A stretch of 64,000 nucleotides of DNA, taken from contig OZ219920.1 of assembly GCA_964291415.2 (NCBI GenBank), forward strand, positions 1,408,001 through 1,472,000, read 5' to 3'. The notes under the pieces were generated by a model that made no database searches, was not told the DNA's origin, and saw only the letters and a program-made list of their open reading frames with translations. The position numbers and the translations under genes are program-made. Below are positions 39,055 through 48,718 of the stretch, piece by piece. The stretch comes from Alphaproteobacteria bacterium (GTDB taxonomy: Bacteria > Pseudomonadota > Alphaproteobacteria > SP197). The stretch's first letter is position 1, and each line of letters begins with the position of its first letter.

Positions 39055-39110
39055 CGTGTCGATGAAATCTCATTCCATCGACACGTGCCACCGTGGCAAG
39101 GGTATGCGCT
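39055..39110. repeat. Direct repeat copy 1 (downstream of fic) containing a 31-bp palindrome
   Basis: 48/56 identical to 40281-40336 by manual alignment. Palindrome cgtgtcgatgaaat-ctc-attccatcgacacg. Confidence 0.9.
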
Positions 39111-39146
39111 GCGGGCGCGGCCATGAGCCATGAGCGCCGGGAATGC

Positions 39147-40232
39147 TCATGCAGCGTCGGCGAGGAGCGCCAGGAGAGGCCGGTTGATGTAGAGGTTTTC
39201 GCGTCCGGCCCTGATTTGCTTGAGTATGCCCTCGGCAGCAAGGGACTTCAGGTAGATGGCGGCTGTCTGGCGTTTAGCGATGTTGGCGGCGACCACGTCA
39301 CTGACTCGGCAGTATGGTTGCTCGAAGACCAGTTCGATCAGTTCGCGAGAATAGATTTTCGGCAGTTCCTGTCGCATTTCAGCGGCCTTCTCGTCGAGAA
39401 GATCCCGAATCGCATTGATTTTTCCCGTCGTCCACTCGGCCGTCGTTCTGACCGCCTCGAGAATGAACAGGATCCAGGTCTCCCAGGCGTGCCGGGTCGT
39501 CACATCGTGCAGATACCGATAGTAGAGCGCCTTGTTCCGGATGATGTGTCGACTGAGGTAGAGCACGGGAATGTCGAGAAGGCCCTTGTCGACAAGATAG
39601 AGCAGGTTCAATACGCGTCCTGTCCGACCGTTGCCATCAACGAACGGATGAATGGCCTCGAACTGATAGTGCATCACTGCAAGCCGGATCAGCGGGTCGA
39701 GTTCCCCGCCTTCGTGGATGTAGCGCTCCCAGTTCGCCAGCTTTCTCCGAAGCAGGTCCTCTCCCTCAGGCGGAGTGTAGATCACGTCACTGGTTGCATC
39801 ATTGATCAACGCGGTCCCGGGCGTATTGCGAACATCGAGATCGACTCCCTTGATCGTCCGACAGACTTCGACCGCCAGGGCGGTCGAAACCGGGCGGCGC
39901 TTCAGCATCTTGAAACCACGGTAGAGGGCGGTGCGATAGCGCAGAGCCTCCCTCGTGGCCGGGTCCGCCTGATCCGCCACGTCGTTGGCATGGCGGAACA
40001 AACGGTCGGTCGTCGTGACGATGTTCTCGATCTCGGAACTCGCCTGCGCTTCGAGCAGAGGAATCGAGTTAATCAACATCGCCTGGTTCGGTATGAGCCT
40101 GCCGGAGATCCGAAGTTCTTCCAGCGCCGTGCGCGCGGCGATGCAGCTGCGAAGGATGGCGCGTGTCTCGGTTTGAAAAACCGGTGGCAGGTCCGGAAGG
40201 TCATTGAAGGGGCGGCCGGGATCGAAGGCCAT
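39147..40232 (-). CDS. Fic family protein adenylyltransferase (SoFic-like, class II) with C-terminal winged-helix-like domain
   Basis: Canonical HPFVDGNGRTGR motif, inhibitory SSEIEN motif, C-terminal KRQTAAIYLKSL..EGIL. ATG follows GGGGAG. Confidence 0.93.
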   Translation of the reverse strand: MAFDPGRPFNDLPDLPPVFQTETRAILRSCIAARTALEELRISGRLIPNQAMLINSIPLLEAQASSEIENIVTTTDRLFRHANDVADQADPATREALRYRTALYRGFKMLKRRPVSTALAVEVCRTIKGVDLDVRNTPGTALINDATSDVIYTPPEGEDLLRRKLANWERYIHEGGELDPLIRLAVMHYQFEAIHPFVDGNGRTGRVLNLLYLVDKGLLDIPVLYLSRHIIRNKALYYRYLHDVTTRHAWETWILFILEAVRTTAEWTTGKINAIRDLLDEKAAEMRQELPKIYSRELIELVFEQPYCRVSDVVAANIAKRQTAAIYLKSLAAEGILKQIRAGRENLYINRPLLALLADAA

Positions 40233-40280
40233 GTCGATGCGCTCCCCGGACATGTCGATACCGTCGACATATGTCCTTAA

Positions 40281-40336
40281 CGTGTCGATGAAATTCAATT
40301 TTATCGACACGTGCGATCGTTGCAAGGGTATGCGCT
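40281..40336. repeat. Direct repeat copy 2 (upstream of fic): candidate promoter plus operator
   Basis: Palindrome cgtgtcgatgaaatt-c-aattttatcgacacg. Minus strand reads TTGCAA-N16-TAAAAT. Confidence 0.9.
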
Positions 40337-40399
40337 ATCGAGCAGACGTGGGAGCGGGCGGGTTCCGGGCAACATTGGTGATCTGCTAGATTTGCTTCC

Positions 40400-41041
40400 A
40401 TGACATCTGTTCGCTGGATGGTGAGCGATCGGCCGGTGGCCTATCCGGATGCGGTGCGGTCCATGGAAGAGACGGTCGCTGGCATTCGCGCCGGCGGGGC
40501 GCCGGAAACGGTGTGGCTGCTCGAACATCCGAGCGTCTTCACTGCGGGAACGAGTGCGCGGGATGACGAACTCATCGATGCCGGAGACATCCCTGTCTAC
40601 CGCACCGGGCGCGGCGGCCGCTACACCTGGCATGGGCCAGGTCAGCAGATTGCCTACGTCATGCTCGACCTCGCCCGCCGGGGACACGATCTGCATGCCT
40701 TTGTCGCTGACCTTGAAACCTGGATCATCCGGACGCTGGCGCGATTCGGAGTTGAGGGTCAATGCCGCCGGGACCGGGTCGGGGTCTGGGTGGTCGACGC
40801 CTGCGGCCGCGAGGACAAGATCGCGGCCATCGGCATACGCGTACGGCGCTGGGTGAGCTTTCATGGCATCAGCATCAACCGCGCCCCGGATCTCGCGCCC
40901 TACACCCGTATCGTGCCGTGCGGCGTCAGGTCTCACGGCGTGACGTCACTGGCTGCGCTCGGCGTCGAGGTCGAAGACGATGCGTTGCGCTCGGCCATGG
41001 AAGAGACGTTCCGGGACGTCTTCTACAACGTTGGTCGTTGA
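40400..41041 (+). CDS. lipB: Lipoyl(octanoyl) transferase
   Basis: WLLEHP.VFTAGTS, RGGRYTWHGPGQ, KIAAIG, HGISIN, IVPCG. Confidence 0.96.
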   Translation: MTSVRWMVSDRPVAYPDAVRSMEETVAGIRAGGAPETVWLLEHPSVFTAGTSARDDELIDAGDIPVYRTGRGGRYTWHGPGQQIAYVMLDLARRGHDLHAFVADLETWIIRTLARFGVEGQCRRDRVGVWVVDACGREDKIAAIGIRVRRWVSFHGISINRAPDLAPYTRIVPCGVRSHGVTSLAALGVEVEDDALRSAMEETFRDVFYNVGR

Positions 41042-41319
41042 GCGAATCCGCGTGCCACCTCTCCCCTGAACGATTCGCAGGCGACTGTCTCGACAGCGGC
41101 CAGCGGCGGTCCCTCCTTCAGGAGGCACAGCATGGTGTCGATATCCTCCCGGCTTCCGGCAAGGACCGCCTCCACCGAACCGTCGCTGCGGTTGCGGACC
41201 CAGCCGTCGAGGCCGAGGTCGCGCGCTTCCTCGGCCGTCCATGCCCGGTACCACACGCCCTGCACGCGTCCAGTGACCGTCACCCTGACCCGCCGCTCGT
41301 GACCCGGACCAGTGGTCAT
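41023..41319 (-). CDS. acyP: Acylphosphatase
   Basis: GRVQGVWYR, GWVRNRSDGSVE, GPP.A.V. Confidence 0.94.
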   Translation of the reverse strand: MTTGPGHERRVRVTVTGRVQGVWYRAWTAEEARDLGLDGWVRNRSDGSVEAVLAGSREDIDTMLCLLKEGPPLAAVETVACESFRGEVARGFAQRPTL

Positions 41320-43304
41320 GAGGAGGCGTACTCGAGGAGGGTGGAATCAACGGAGACCGAGTCGCCGACGGCGACATGAACCTTCTCAATCTCGCCGGAA
41401 CGTTCCGCCCGCAACACGTTCTCCATCTTCATGGCATCAATGACGACGAGCACCTGACCCGCCTCGATCTTGTCACCTTCCCCGACTGCAAGATCGACGA
41501 TCCGCCCGGGCATCGGTGAGGTGACAAGGCGGGAATGATCGGCGGCGGGCCGGGCCGGCATCCGCGACAACAACTTCGCCGCCCCCTTCGAGAGCACCGT
41601 CATCTGCTCGTTGACGCCGGCATGGACCAGTTCCCAGGAGGTCCCCTTGCGCTCTACCTGCACGACAGCCGGACGGCCGTCCACCTCGCCCTGAAACAGC
41701 GTCTGGCCGGGGCTCCAGGAACTCTCGACCGTGATGGCGCGCTCGCCGCTTCTCCAGATGATTCCGTCCCCGGTCAGCCGGGTCGTCACCTCGAACTCGT
41801 CACCGGGAAACTGCACGACCCAGTCACGGGCCATCGGCCCCGGTTCGCGCAGCGTGCCCGTGATCCTGCGGTCACGCTCGAGAACCCTGAGGTGGGCAAG
41901 GAGGCCCACGCCGGTCAGCACCGTTCTCTCGCGCTCCGTGACCGGAGCGCCGGAAAAGCCGTCGGGCCAGGTGCGACCGATGAAGGCGGTGGTCATGTCG
42001 CCCGCAGCAAACTGCGGGTCGCGCATGATCGCGGCCAGAAAGTCGATGTTGTGCTGAACGCCCCTGATCTCGAAGGAATCGAGTGCGTGGCGCATGGCGG
42101 CGATGGCGGTCGGCCGGTCCTCGCCGTGCACCACCAGCTTGGCGATCATGGGATCGTAGAACATCGTCACCTCGGAGCCCTCCTCCACACCGCTGTCGAT
42201 CCTCAGCGACCGGTTTGTGTGCGGAGGCCGGTAGGTGCTGAGGCGGCCGATCGAGGGGAGGAATCCGCGGCGTGAGTCCTCGGCGTAGATTCGTGCCTCG
42301 ATGGACCAGCCGTCGATGCCGACATCATCGGCGGTGAAGGCGAGGCGTTCCCCGGCGGCAATGCGGATCATCTGTTCGACGATGTCGACACCGGTGATGA
42401 ACTCCGTCACCGGATGCTCGACCTGGAGTCGGGTGTTCATCTCCAGGAAATAGAAGTTCCTGTCGGGGTCGACGACAAACTCGACCGTTCCCGCCGAGCG
42501 GTAGTTGACGGCCCGTGCCAGGGCACAGGCCTCCCCGGCCATCGCCTGGCGCGTCGCACCGTCGATGAGCGGGCTTGGCGCCTCCTCGATCACCTTCTGA
42601 TGACGCCGCTGGATCGAGCATTCCCGCTCGTTCAGGGCCACCACGTTCCCGTGATTGTCCGCCAGAAGCTGAATCTCGACATGGCGAGGGCGTGTGATGA
42701 ACTTCTCGAGAAAGACCCGGGTATCGCCGAAGGCGGTGGCGGCCTCCGATTGCGAGGCCCGGAAGCCCTCGACAAGTTCGTTGTCATCGCTGGCGACCCG
42801 CATCCCCTTGCCGCCGCCACCGGCGGCCGGCTTGATCATGACCGGATAGCCGATGTCGCGGGCGGCAGCGAGCGCCTCCTCGACATCACTCGTTTCGGAA
42901 GCGCTGCCGGGAACCACGCTGACCCCCGCCGCATTGGCAATCCTCTTGGATTCGATCTTGTCGCCCATGGCGGCAACAGCCGCGGCGGGCGGACCGATGA
43001 AGACGGCCCCCGCAGCCTCGACCGCCTCGACGAAACGGGGATTCTCGGCAAGAAAGCCGAAGCCGGGGTGGACCGCCTCGGCGCCCGAATTCACAAGGAC
43101 ATCGATGATCCTGTCGATGGCGAGGTAGCTCTCTCCGGGCGGCGGCGGACCGATGGGATGCGATTCATCGGCCATCCGGACGTGGAGAGCATCCTCGTCG
43201 GCCTCGGAATGAATCGCGACCGTGGCGATACCCTGCGCCCGGCACGTGGTGATGATCCGGCAGGCAATTTCCCCCCGGTTGGCAATGAGAATCTTGTTGA
43301 ACAC
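41316..43304 (-). CDS. pccA: Propionyl-CoA carboxylase alpha subunit (biotin carboxylase plus carrier)
   Basis: KILIANRGEIA, GGGGKGMR, EMNTRLQVEH, biotinylation motif AMKM. Follows pccB. Confidence 0.9.
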   Translation of the reverse strand: MFNKILIANRGEIACRIITTCRAQGIATVAIHSEADEDALHVRMADESHPIGPPPPGESYLAIDRIIDVLVNSGAEAVHPGFGFLAENPRFVEAVEAAGAVFIGPPAAAVAAMGDKIESKRIANAAGVSVVPGSASETSDVEEALAAARDIGYPVMIKPAAGGGGKGMRVASDDNELVEGFRASQSEAATAFGDTRVFLEKFITRPRHVEIQLLADNHGNVVALNERECSIQRRHQKVIEEAPSPLIDGATRQAMAGEACALARAVNYRSAGTVEFVVDPDRNFYFLEMNTRLQVEHPVTEFITGVDIVEQMIRIAAGERLAFTADDVGIDGWSIEARIYAEDSRRGFLPSIGRLSTYRPPHTNRSLRIDSGVEEGSEVTMFYDPMIAKLVVHGEDRPTAIAAMRHALDSFEIRGVQHNIDFLAAIMRDPQFAAGDMTTAFIGRTWPDGFSGAPVTERERTVLTGVGLLAHLRVLERDRRITGTLREPGPMARDWVVQFPGDEFEVTTRLTGDGIIWRSGERAITVESSWSPGQTLFQGEVDGRPAVVQVERKGTSWELVHAGVNEQMTVLSKGAAKLLSRMPARPAADHSRLVTSPMPGRIVDLAVGEGDKIEAGQVLVVIDAMKMENVLRAERSGEIEKVHVAVGDSVSVDSTLLEYASS

Positions 43305-43322
43305 GTCCGGGCACCACCTTGA

Positions 43323-44855
43323 TTACAAGGGAATATTATCGTGTTTCTTCCACGGATTGCGCAACTCCTTGCCACGCAGCATGCGAAGCGCGTTGCACAG
43401 TCGACGGCGCGTGTTGCGCGGCATGATGACGTCGTCGACGAACCCCCTCGACGCGGCGACGAAGGGATTGGCGAAGCGCTCCTTGTATTCTGCCGTGCGA
43501 GCCTCCATGCGACCGGGATCGTCAAGATCGGAACGGAATATGATCTCGACCGCTCCCTTCGATCCCATGACCGCCACTTCCGCCGTCGGCCAGGCGTAGT
43601 TGATGTCGCCACGCAGGTGCTTCGAGGCCATGACGACATAGGCACCGCCATAGGCCTTGCGTGTGATGCAGGTAAGTTTCGGAACCGTAGCCTCGGCAAA
43701 GGCATAGAGGAGTTTCGAACCGTGCCTGATGATCCCGCCGTGCTCCTGATCGGTTCCTGGCAGGAACCCCGGGACATCGACGAAGGTGATGATCGGAATG
43801 TTGAAGCAGTCGCAGAATCGCACGAAGCGCGCCGCCTTGCGCGAGGCCTCGATATCGAGGCAACCGGCCAGCACCATCGGCTGGTTGGCAACAACGCCCA
43901 CCGTCGAGCCTTCCATGCGGCCGAATCCGACGACGATGTTGGCCGCATGGGCCGGCTGGATCTCGAAGAAGTCCTGTTCGTCCACCACCCTCGTGACGAG
44001 TTCCTTGATGTCGTAGGGCTTGTTCGGATTGGAGGGCACCAGGTTGTCCAGGGCTGGCTCGACCCGATCGAAGGGATCGGAGGTCTCGAGCACCGGCGGT
44101 TTCTCGCGATTCGAGGCAGGCAGGAAATCCATCAGACGCCGTGTCTGCGCGAGAGCCTCGACATCGTTGTCCCAGGCGAGGTCCGCCACGCCGGACCGCG
44201 TCGTGTGGGTCACGGCGCCACCGAGATCCTCGTGACTGACAACTTCGTGGGTCACCGTCTTCACCACGTCGGGACCGGTCACGAACATGTAGGAAGTATC
44301 CTTCACCATGAAGATGAAGTCGGTCATCGCCGGGGAGTAGACCGCCCCACCGGCGCAGGGTCCCATGATCAGCGACACCTGTGGCACGACCCCGGAAGCA
44401 AGGACATTGCGCTGGAACACTTCGGCATATCCGGCAAGGGAATCCACACCCTCCTGGATGCGTGCACCACCGCTGTCGTTGAGACCAATCACCGGAGCGC
44501 CCACCTGAAGCGCCCGGTCCATGATCTTGCAGATCTTGGTGGCGTGAGACTCCGAGAGTGATCCTCCGAACACTGTGAAGTCCTGGCTGAAGACGAAGAC
44601 CAGACGGCCGTTGATGGTCCCCCAGCCGGTTACGACCCCGTCACCCGGCACCTTGTGGTTGGCCATGTCGAACTCCGCCGAACGATGTTCGACAAACATG
44701 TCCCATTCCTCGAAGGAGCCTTCGTCCAGGAGCAGTTCGATGCGTTCCCGTGCGCTCAGTTTTCCCTTGGCGTGCTGACGGGCGATGCGTCCTTCACCGC
44801 CTCCCTCGCGGGCGCGGGCGCGGCGCTCCGTCAATTCACCGATCACATCCTGCAT
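43323..44855 (-). CDS. pccB: Propionyl-CoA carboxylase beta subunit
   Basis: [37 protein letters not shown]. Confidence 0.93.
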   Translation of the reverse strand: MQDVIGELTERRARAREGGGEGRIARQHAKGKLSARERIELLLDEGSFEEWDMFVEHRSAEFDMANHKVPGDGVVTGWGTINGRLVFVFSQDFTVFGGSLSESHATKICKIMDRALQVGAPVIGLNDSGGARIQEGVDSLAGYAEVFQRNVLASGVVPQVSLIMGPCAGGAVYSPAMTDFIFMVKDTSYMFVTGPDVVKTVTHEVVSHEDLGGAVTHTTRSGVADLAWDNDVEALAQTRRLMDFLPASNREKPPVLETSDPFDRVEPALDNLVPSNPNKPYDIKELVTRVVDEQDFFEIQPAHAANIVVGFGRMEGSTVGVVANQPMVLAGCLDIEASRKAARFVRFCDCFNIPIITFVDVPGFLPGTDQEHGGIIRHGSKLLYAFAEATVPKLTCITRKAYGGAYVVMASKHLRGDINYAWPTAEVAVMGSKGAVEIIFRSDLDDPGRMEARTAEYKERFANPFVAASRGFVDDVIMPRNTRRRLCNALRMLRGKELRNPWKKHDNIPL

Positions 44856-44900
44856 CGTCCGGTTCCGCCTGATTGAGATCACTGGCCAGCATACCAAGGT

Positions 44901-45602
44901 TCATGTCTGGTGACGAAGCAGACGGAGAAAGCGGTCCGCATCGCCAATGTCCATCTGCCTGACATCCAGTCGGCGCCGTGCTTCGGCGTCGTCGCCCCAC
45001 ACCTCCAGGGACCACAGATCGTCGAGGGCGCCAGCACGGAAGGCCTCCCCGGCGCCCAGGCGTCCGGAAAGGAGTGCCAGGGCAATGACAAGGGAACCGG
45101 TCGCACTTGCGACACTGTGGACCGCCACGAGGCGGAAACAGTCCAGGCCTGAGAGGACTGAGCGAAGGGCGCCAATCGATTCCGGGGGCTGTTGCCGCGG
45201 CATGATCCCGGTGGTGACGGCGAGTGCCGCACCGTGCTCTGCCGCGACCCAGTCGACAAGGGGCTGCCAGCACGCCGCCTGGCGCCTGACCAGTTCCACC
45301 GGATGATCAGCGCGAAAACACACGAGATCGCTCATCCCCCAGGCCACGAGATCGGTGACGACGCGTTCAGGGTCGGGCGCTACACGGTCAATGGCCGTGG
45401 CGGCAAGGCGCGTCAGGGGCATGGTCGAAGGATCGACGCGACCCTCCTGGCGCGCCCACTCTCCGGCGATGGCGTCGCCCAGGGGCCTTGTGGGAACGCG
45501 AAGGGTATGCCGTGCCGGTGTCATCACCGGCCGGCCGTCGAGCTCGACACGGTAGTCCCCTTCACTCCCGGCGACACCGGTGGCCGCATACCGGCGCTTC
45601 AC
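44901..45602 (-). CDS. ATP12 chaperone family protein
   Basis: LDGRPVMTP, EW, MPLTRLA, WG.D.EA..R. Confidence 0.9.
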   Translation of the reverse strand: MKRRYAATGVAGSEGDYRVELDGRPVMTPARHTLRVPTRPLGDAIAGEWARQEGRVDPSTMPLTRLAATAIDRVAPDPERVVTDLVAWGMSDLVCFRADHPVELVRRQAACWQPLVDWVAAEHGAALAVTTGIMPRQQPPESIGALRSVLSGLDCFRLVAVHSVASATGSLVIALALLSGRLGAGEAFRAGALDDLWSLEVWGDDAEARRRLDVRQMDIGDADRFLRLLRHQT

Positions 45603-46558
45603 GGACCATCCCCGTTCACACTGAGTCCCAGCGTGTCCCAGGTCTCCTGAAGGTCCGGCGGCAGGTCACACGCGAGATTCAGTGCGCCGCCCTCAGGGTG
45701 CGGCAGGTGAAGCGCCTGCGCGTGGAGGTGGAGACGCCGGACGTGCGTGATCCGCCCAGGCGTGCGGCCGCCGTATTTGCCATCCCCGAGGATCGGATGG
45801 CCAATGGCGGCACAGTGCACCCTGAGCTGGTGGGTACGGCCGGTCAGCGGGCGCAAGTCCAGCCAGGTGACGACACGGCCGGCGGTTGCGACGATACGAG
45901 CAAGGGTCACGGCGCGGCGGCCGTCCTCTTCGGCGACCTCGACGCGCTCGCGGCCCGGCTTTCCCCTCTTGGCGAGCGGCATGGCAAGACGGCCATCCCG
46001 CGGCAGGTCCGGGACTCCGGCGACGAGCGCCCAGTACGTCTTCTCGACCTTGCCTTCCCTGAAGCAGGTCTGCAGGGCGCGCGCCGCCGGGGCGTGACGG
46101 GCGAGAAGCAGGATGCCGCTGGTCTGCCTGTCGAGGCGGTGAACCAGGCGCGGCCTCTCCGCCGCGCCGAAGCGCAGTCCGTCCAGCAGGGCATCGAGGT
46201 GGCGTGACAGTCCGCTGCCTCCCTGCACGGCAAGACCCGCCGGCTTGTCGATGGCCAAGACCCAGTCGTCCATGTGAATGACCCGCGCGGCAATGTCCTC
46301 GAGGTCGCGGCTGTCGGGCAACCGGCGGGCCGGTTCCGTCGCCGCAGGCGCTGCAGGAAGAGGTGGCAGCCGTACCGTCTGGCCAGCCTGCAACCTGGCT
46401 CCCGCACCGCATCTCCCGCCATCGAGGCGGATCTGGCCCGTGCGCAGGAGTTTCGAGAGATGTCCGTGGGTGACATGGGGAAAGCGCTGGCGGAACCAGC
46501 GATCGAGGCGCATGCCGGCGTCGGCGTCGGCGACGGTGAGGTGAGTGACTGCGGTCAT
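45599..46558 (-). CDS. RluA family pseudouridine synthase (RluC-like)
   Basis: RLDRW S4-like domain, KPAGLAVQGG, HRLD, TGRTHQLRVH. Confidence 0.93.
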   Translation of the reverse strand: MTAVTHLTVADADAGMRLDRWFRQRFPHVTHGHLSKLLRTGQIRLDGGRCGAGARLQAGQTVRLPPLPAAPAATEPARRLPDSRDLEDIAARVIHMDDWVLAIDKPAGLAVQGGSGLSRHLDALLDGLRFGAAERPRLVHRLDRQTSGILLLARHAPAARALQTCFREGKVEKTYWALVAGVPDLPRDGRLAMPLAKRGKPGRERVEVAEEDGRRAVTLARIVATAGRVVTWLDLRPLTGRTHQLRVHCAAIGHPILGDGKYGGRTPGRITHVRRLHLHAQALHLPHPEGGALNLACDLPPDLQETWDTLGLSVNGDGP

Positions 46559-46938
46559 GCGAGAACAAGACGCATGAGGCGAAGCCCTGCCAGAAGGGCC
46601 AGAACCGAGAGCACCACCGAGGCAACGACGTAAAGGACCGCAAGGGAGTTGAGGCCGCGCTCGAACTCGTTCACCACATCAAGGGAAAAGGCCGAGAAGG
46701 TCGTGAAGGCACCGAGAAAGCCGGTGGCAAGAAAGAGCCTCATGTCTCCAGGCGGCGTCCAGGCGGCCGACAGCAGTCCGACCAGAATCCCGAGCAGGAA
46801 CGAACCCGCCACATTGACGATGAGGGTACCCCAGGGAAATCCGCTGCCCAGCCACGCCGCGGCGCCGGCCGTCACGAGATAGCGGCCCAGCGCGCCCAGC
46901 GCGCCACCGGCGGCAACCAGAAGACAGGCCTTGATCAC
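46555..46938 (-). CDS. crcB: Fluoride efflux channel CrcB/FluC
   Basis: GGALGA..RY, FPWGTL.VN, GFLGAFTTFS. Confidence 0.95.
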   Translation of the reverse strand: MIKACLLVAAGGALGALGRYLVTAGAAAWLGSGFPWGTLIVNVAGSFLLGILVGLLSAAWTPPGDMRLFLATGFLGAFTTFSAFSLDVVNEFERGLNSLAVLYVVASVVLSVLALLAGLRLMRLVLA

Positions 46939-48230
46939 CCGTCCTCTCCGATCTGTTGGCGCAGCCGCTCCCAGTAGGCGAGGCGTTTGGCGATCTCGCG
47001 TTCAAATCCCCGTTCCACCGGCCGGTAGAAGTGCTGCCTGCCCATGCCTTCCGGGAAGTAGTCCTGTCCGGAGAACCCGGCCGGGGTGTCGTGGTCATAA
47101 GCGTATCCCTCGCCGTAGCCCAGATCCTCCATGAGGCGCGTCGGCGCATTGAGGATGATCTTGGGCGGCATTGGACTTCCCTCGACCCTGGCGCTCTTCG
47201 TGGCAGCGGAATAGGCGCGGTAGGCGGCGTTGGACTTCGGAGCGGTGGCGCAGTAGAGGACGGCCTGGGCGATGGCCAGTTCCCCTTCCGGCGATCCAAG
47301 GAAGGCGAAGGCGTCCCGTGCAGCCACGGCCTGAACGAGCGCGGCGGGATCGGCGAGACCGATATCCTCGACCGCCATGCGGATGACGCGGCGGGCGACG
47401 AAGAGTGGATCCTCGCCTGCCTGGAGGATGCGGGCGAGCCAGTAGAGAGAGGCGTCCGGGTCCGATCCCCGGACCGACTTGTGAAGGGCGCTGATGAGGT
47501 TGTAATGGCCCTCTTCGGCCTTGTCGTAGACCGGAACCCGGCGCTGCACCACTTCCGCCAGGCCCTGCCGGTCCAGAAGCGTCGGCACATCGAGAGCGAG
47601 GAGTTCTTCGGCGATGTTGAGCAGGAAGCGTCCATCACCATCGGCCATCGCGGCAAGGGCCACACGGGCATCGTCGTCGAGCGGCAAGGTCCTTTGCCGG
47701 AGGTTCTCGGCCCGGCACAGAAGTTGACCCAGTGCGTCCAGGGACAGCCTTTCCAGCACCAGCACCTGGCACCGCGACACCAGGGCCTGGTTGACTTCGA
47801 AAGAGGGATTTTCGGTGGTGGCTCCAACAAGAACGACGGTGCCGTCCTCGACGACGGGCAGCATGGCGTCCTGCTGCGCCTTGTTGAAGCGATGGATTTC
47901 ATCAACGAACAAGAGTGTGCCAAGACCCGTGGCACGCCTCGAACGGGCCCGTTCGAAGACTTTCCTCAAGTCGGCCACGCCGGAAAACACGGCCGATACG
48001 GGATCGAATGCAAGATCGACCCGTTCGGCGAGGAGCCGGGCGATGGTGGTCTTGCCGGTTCCAGGCGGCCCCCAGAGAATCATCGAGGCAAGACGTACCT
48101 GAGCGACCATGCGGCCCAGCGGACCGTCCTTCCTGAGCAGATGATCCTGGCCAACGACGTCCTCCAGCGACGTCGGACGCATGCGGTCGGCCAGTGGTCG
48201 CGGCACCTCGTCTTCAAAGAGACCCGTCAA
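46935..48230 (-). CDS. rarA: Replication-associated recombination protein A
   Basis: PLADRMRP, GPPGTGKTT, DEIHRFNK, ATTENPSF, SALHKSVRGSD. TTG start at 48230. Confidence 0.95.
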   Translation of the reverse strand: MTGLFEDEVPRPLADRMRPTSLEDVVGQDHLLRKDGPLGRMVAQVRLASMILWGPPGTGKTTIARLLAERVDLAFDPVSAVFSGVADLRKVFERARSRRATGLGTLLFVDEIHRFNKAQQDAMLPVVEDGTVVLVGATTENPSFEVNQALVSRCQVLVLERLSLDALGQLLCRAENLRQRTLPLDDDARVALAAMADGDGRFLLNIAEELLALDVPTLLDRQGLAEVVQRRVPVYDKAEEGHYNLISALHKSVRGSDPDASLYWLARILQAGEDPLFVARRVIRMAVEDIGLADPAALVQAVAARDAFAFLGSPEGELAIAQAVLYCATAPKSNAAYRAYSAATKSARVEGSPMPPKIILNAPTRLMEDLGYGEGYAYDHDTPAGFSGQDYFPEGMGRQHFYRPVERGFEREIAKRLAYWERLRQQIGEDG

Positions 48231-48368
48231 GCACCCGTTCCTTCCCTGGGCAGCGGGCCGCCATGGTGCACCGTGCACGGTCGAGGCGGCAACCGCCGTT
48301 GGCTCCCGGCGACAGGATCGGTCATCATGACGCCATGACGCACCACGCTCGCCAGGAGGCCTGAACCC

Positions 48369-48683
48369 TTGTCCGTCCGGCTCGCCTCGGCTGTCTGGGT
48401 CCAGGCCTTTCTGCGCCGCTGCGACCTTGCCGCCGTACCCGTTTACGTCCTGCGGCGCGGCGACACGGATGCCGGGGAAATCTGGCTGAAGCTGGTGAAG
48501 GGAAACGATGAGGTCAGCATTCTTCAGGTGTCGCGGGAAGACCTTACGCCCACCGTGCACACGGTCCTGAACGAGGCGGAGGCGGACCGCCACCTGGCAC
48601 GCCAGGAGACTTACGATCCCGATCTCTGGGTCATCGAGGTCGACGATCGCGCGGGGCGGGGCGACAACCTGTTCCACGGCTGA
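48369..48683 (+). CDS. DUF1491 family protein
   Basis: WV.AFLRR, RRGD.DAG, DPDLWVIEVDDR.GR. Confidence 0.85.
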   Translation: MSVRLASAVWVQAFLRRCDLAAVPVYVLRRGDTDAGEIWLKLVKGNDEVSILQVSREDLTPTVHTVLNEAEADRHLARQETYDPDLWVIEVDDRAGRGDNLFHG

Positions 48684-48718
48684 GCACGGTGGAGCGGGAG
48701 CGACCGTGCCCCGGAAAC

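Noticed and set aside
39055-39085. fic-flanking palindromes as CRISPR repeats, dif sites or attC sites
   Set aside because: Only two copies 1.2 kb apart, no spacers or cas genes, no XerD-arm TTATGTTAAAT, and no RYYYAAC/GTTRRRY boxes.
41023-41041. 19-bp convergent overlap of lipB and acyP
   Set aside because: Short tail-to-tail overlaps are common, and both proteins look complete.
46555-46960. Fluoride riboswitch upstream of crcB
   Set aside because: The crcB start overlaps the rarA stop, leaving no leader, and no motif was seen.
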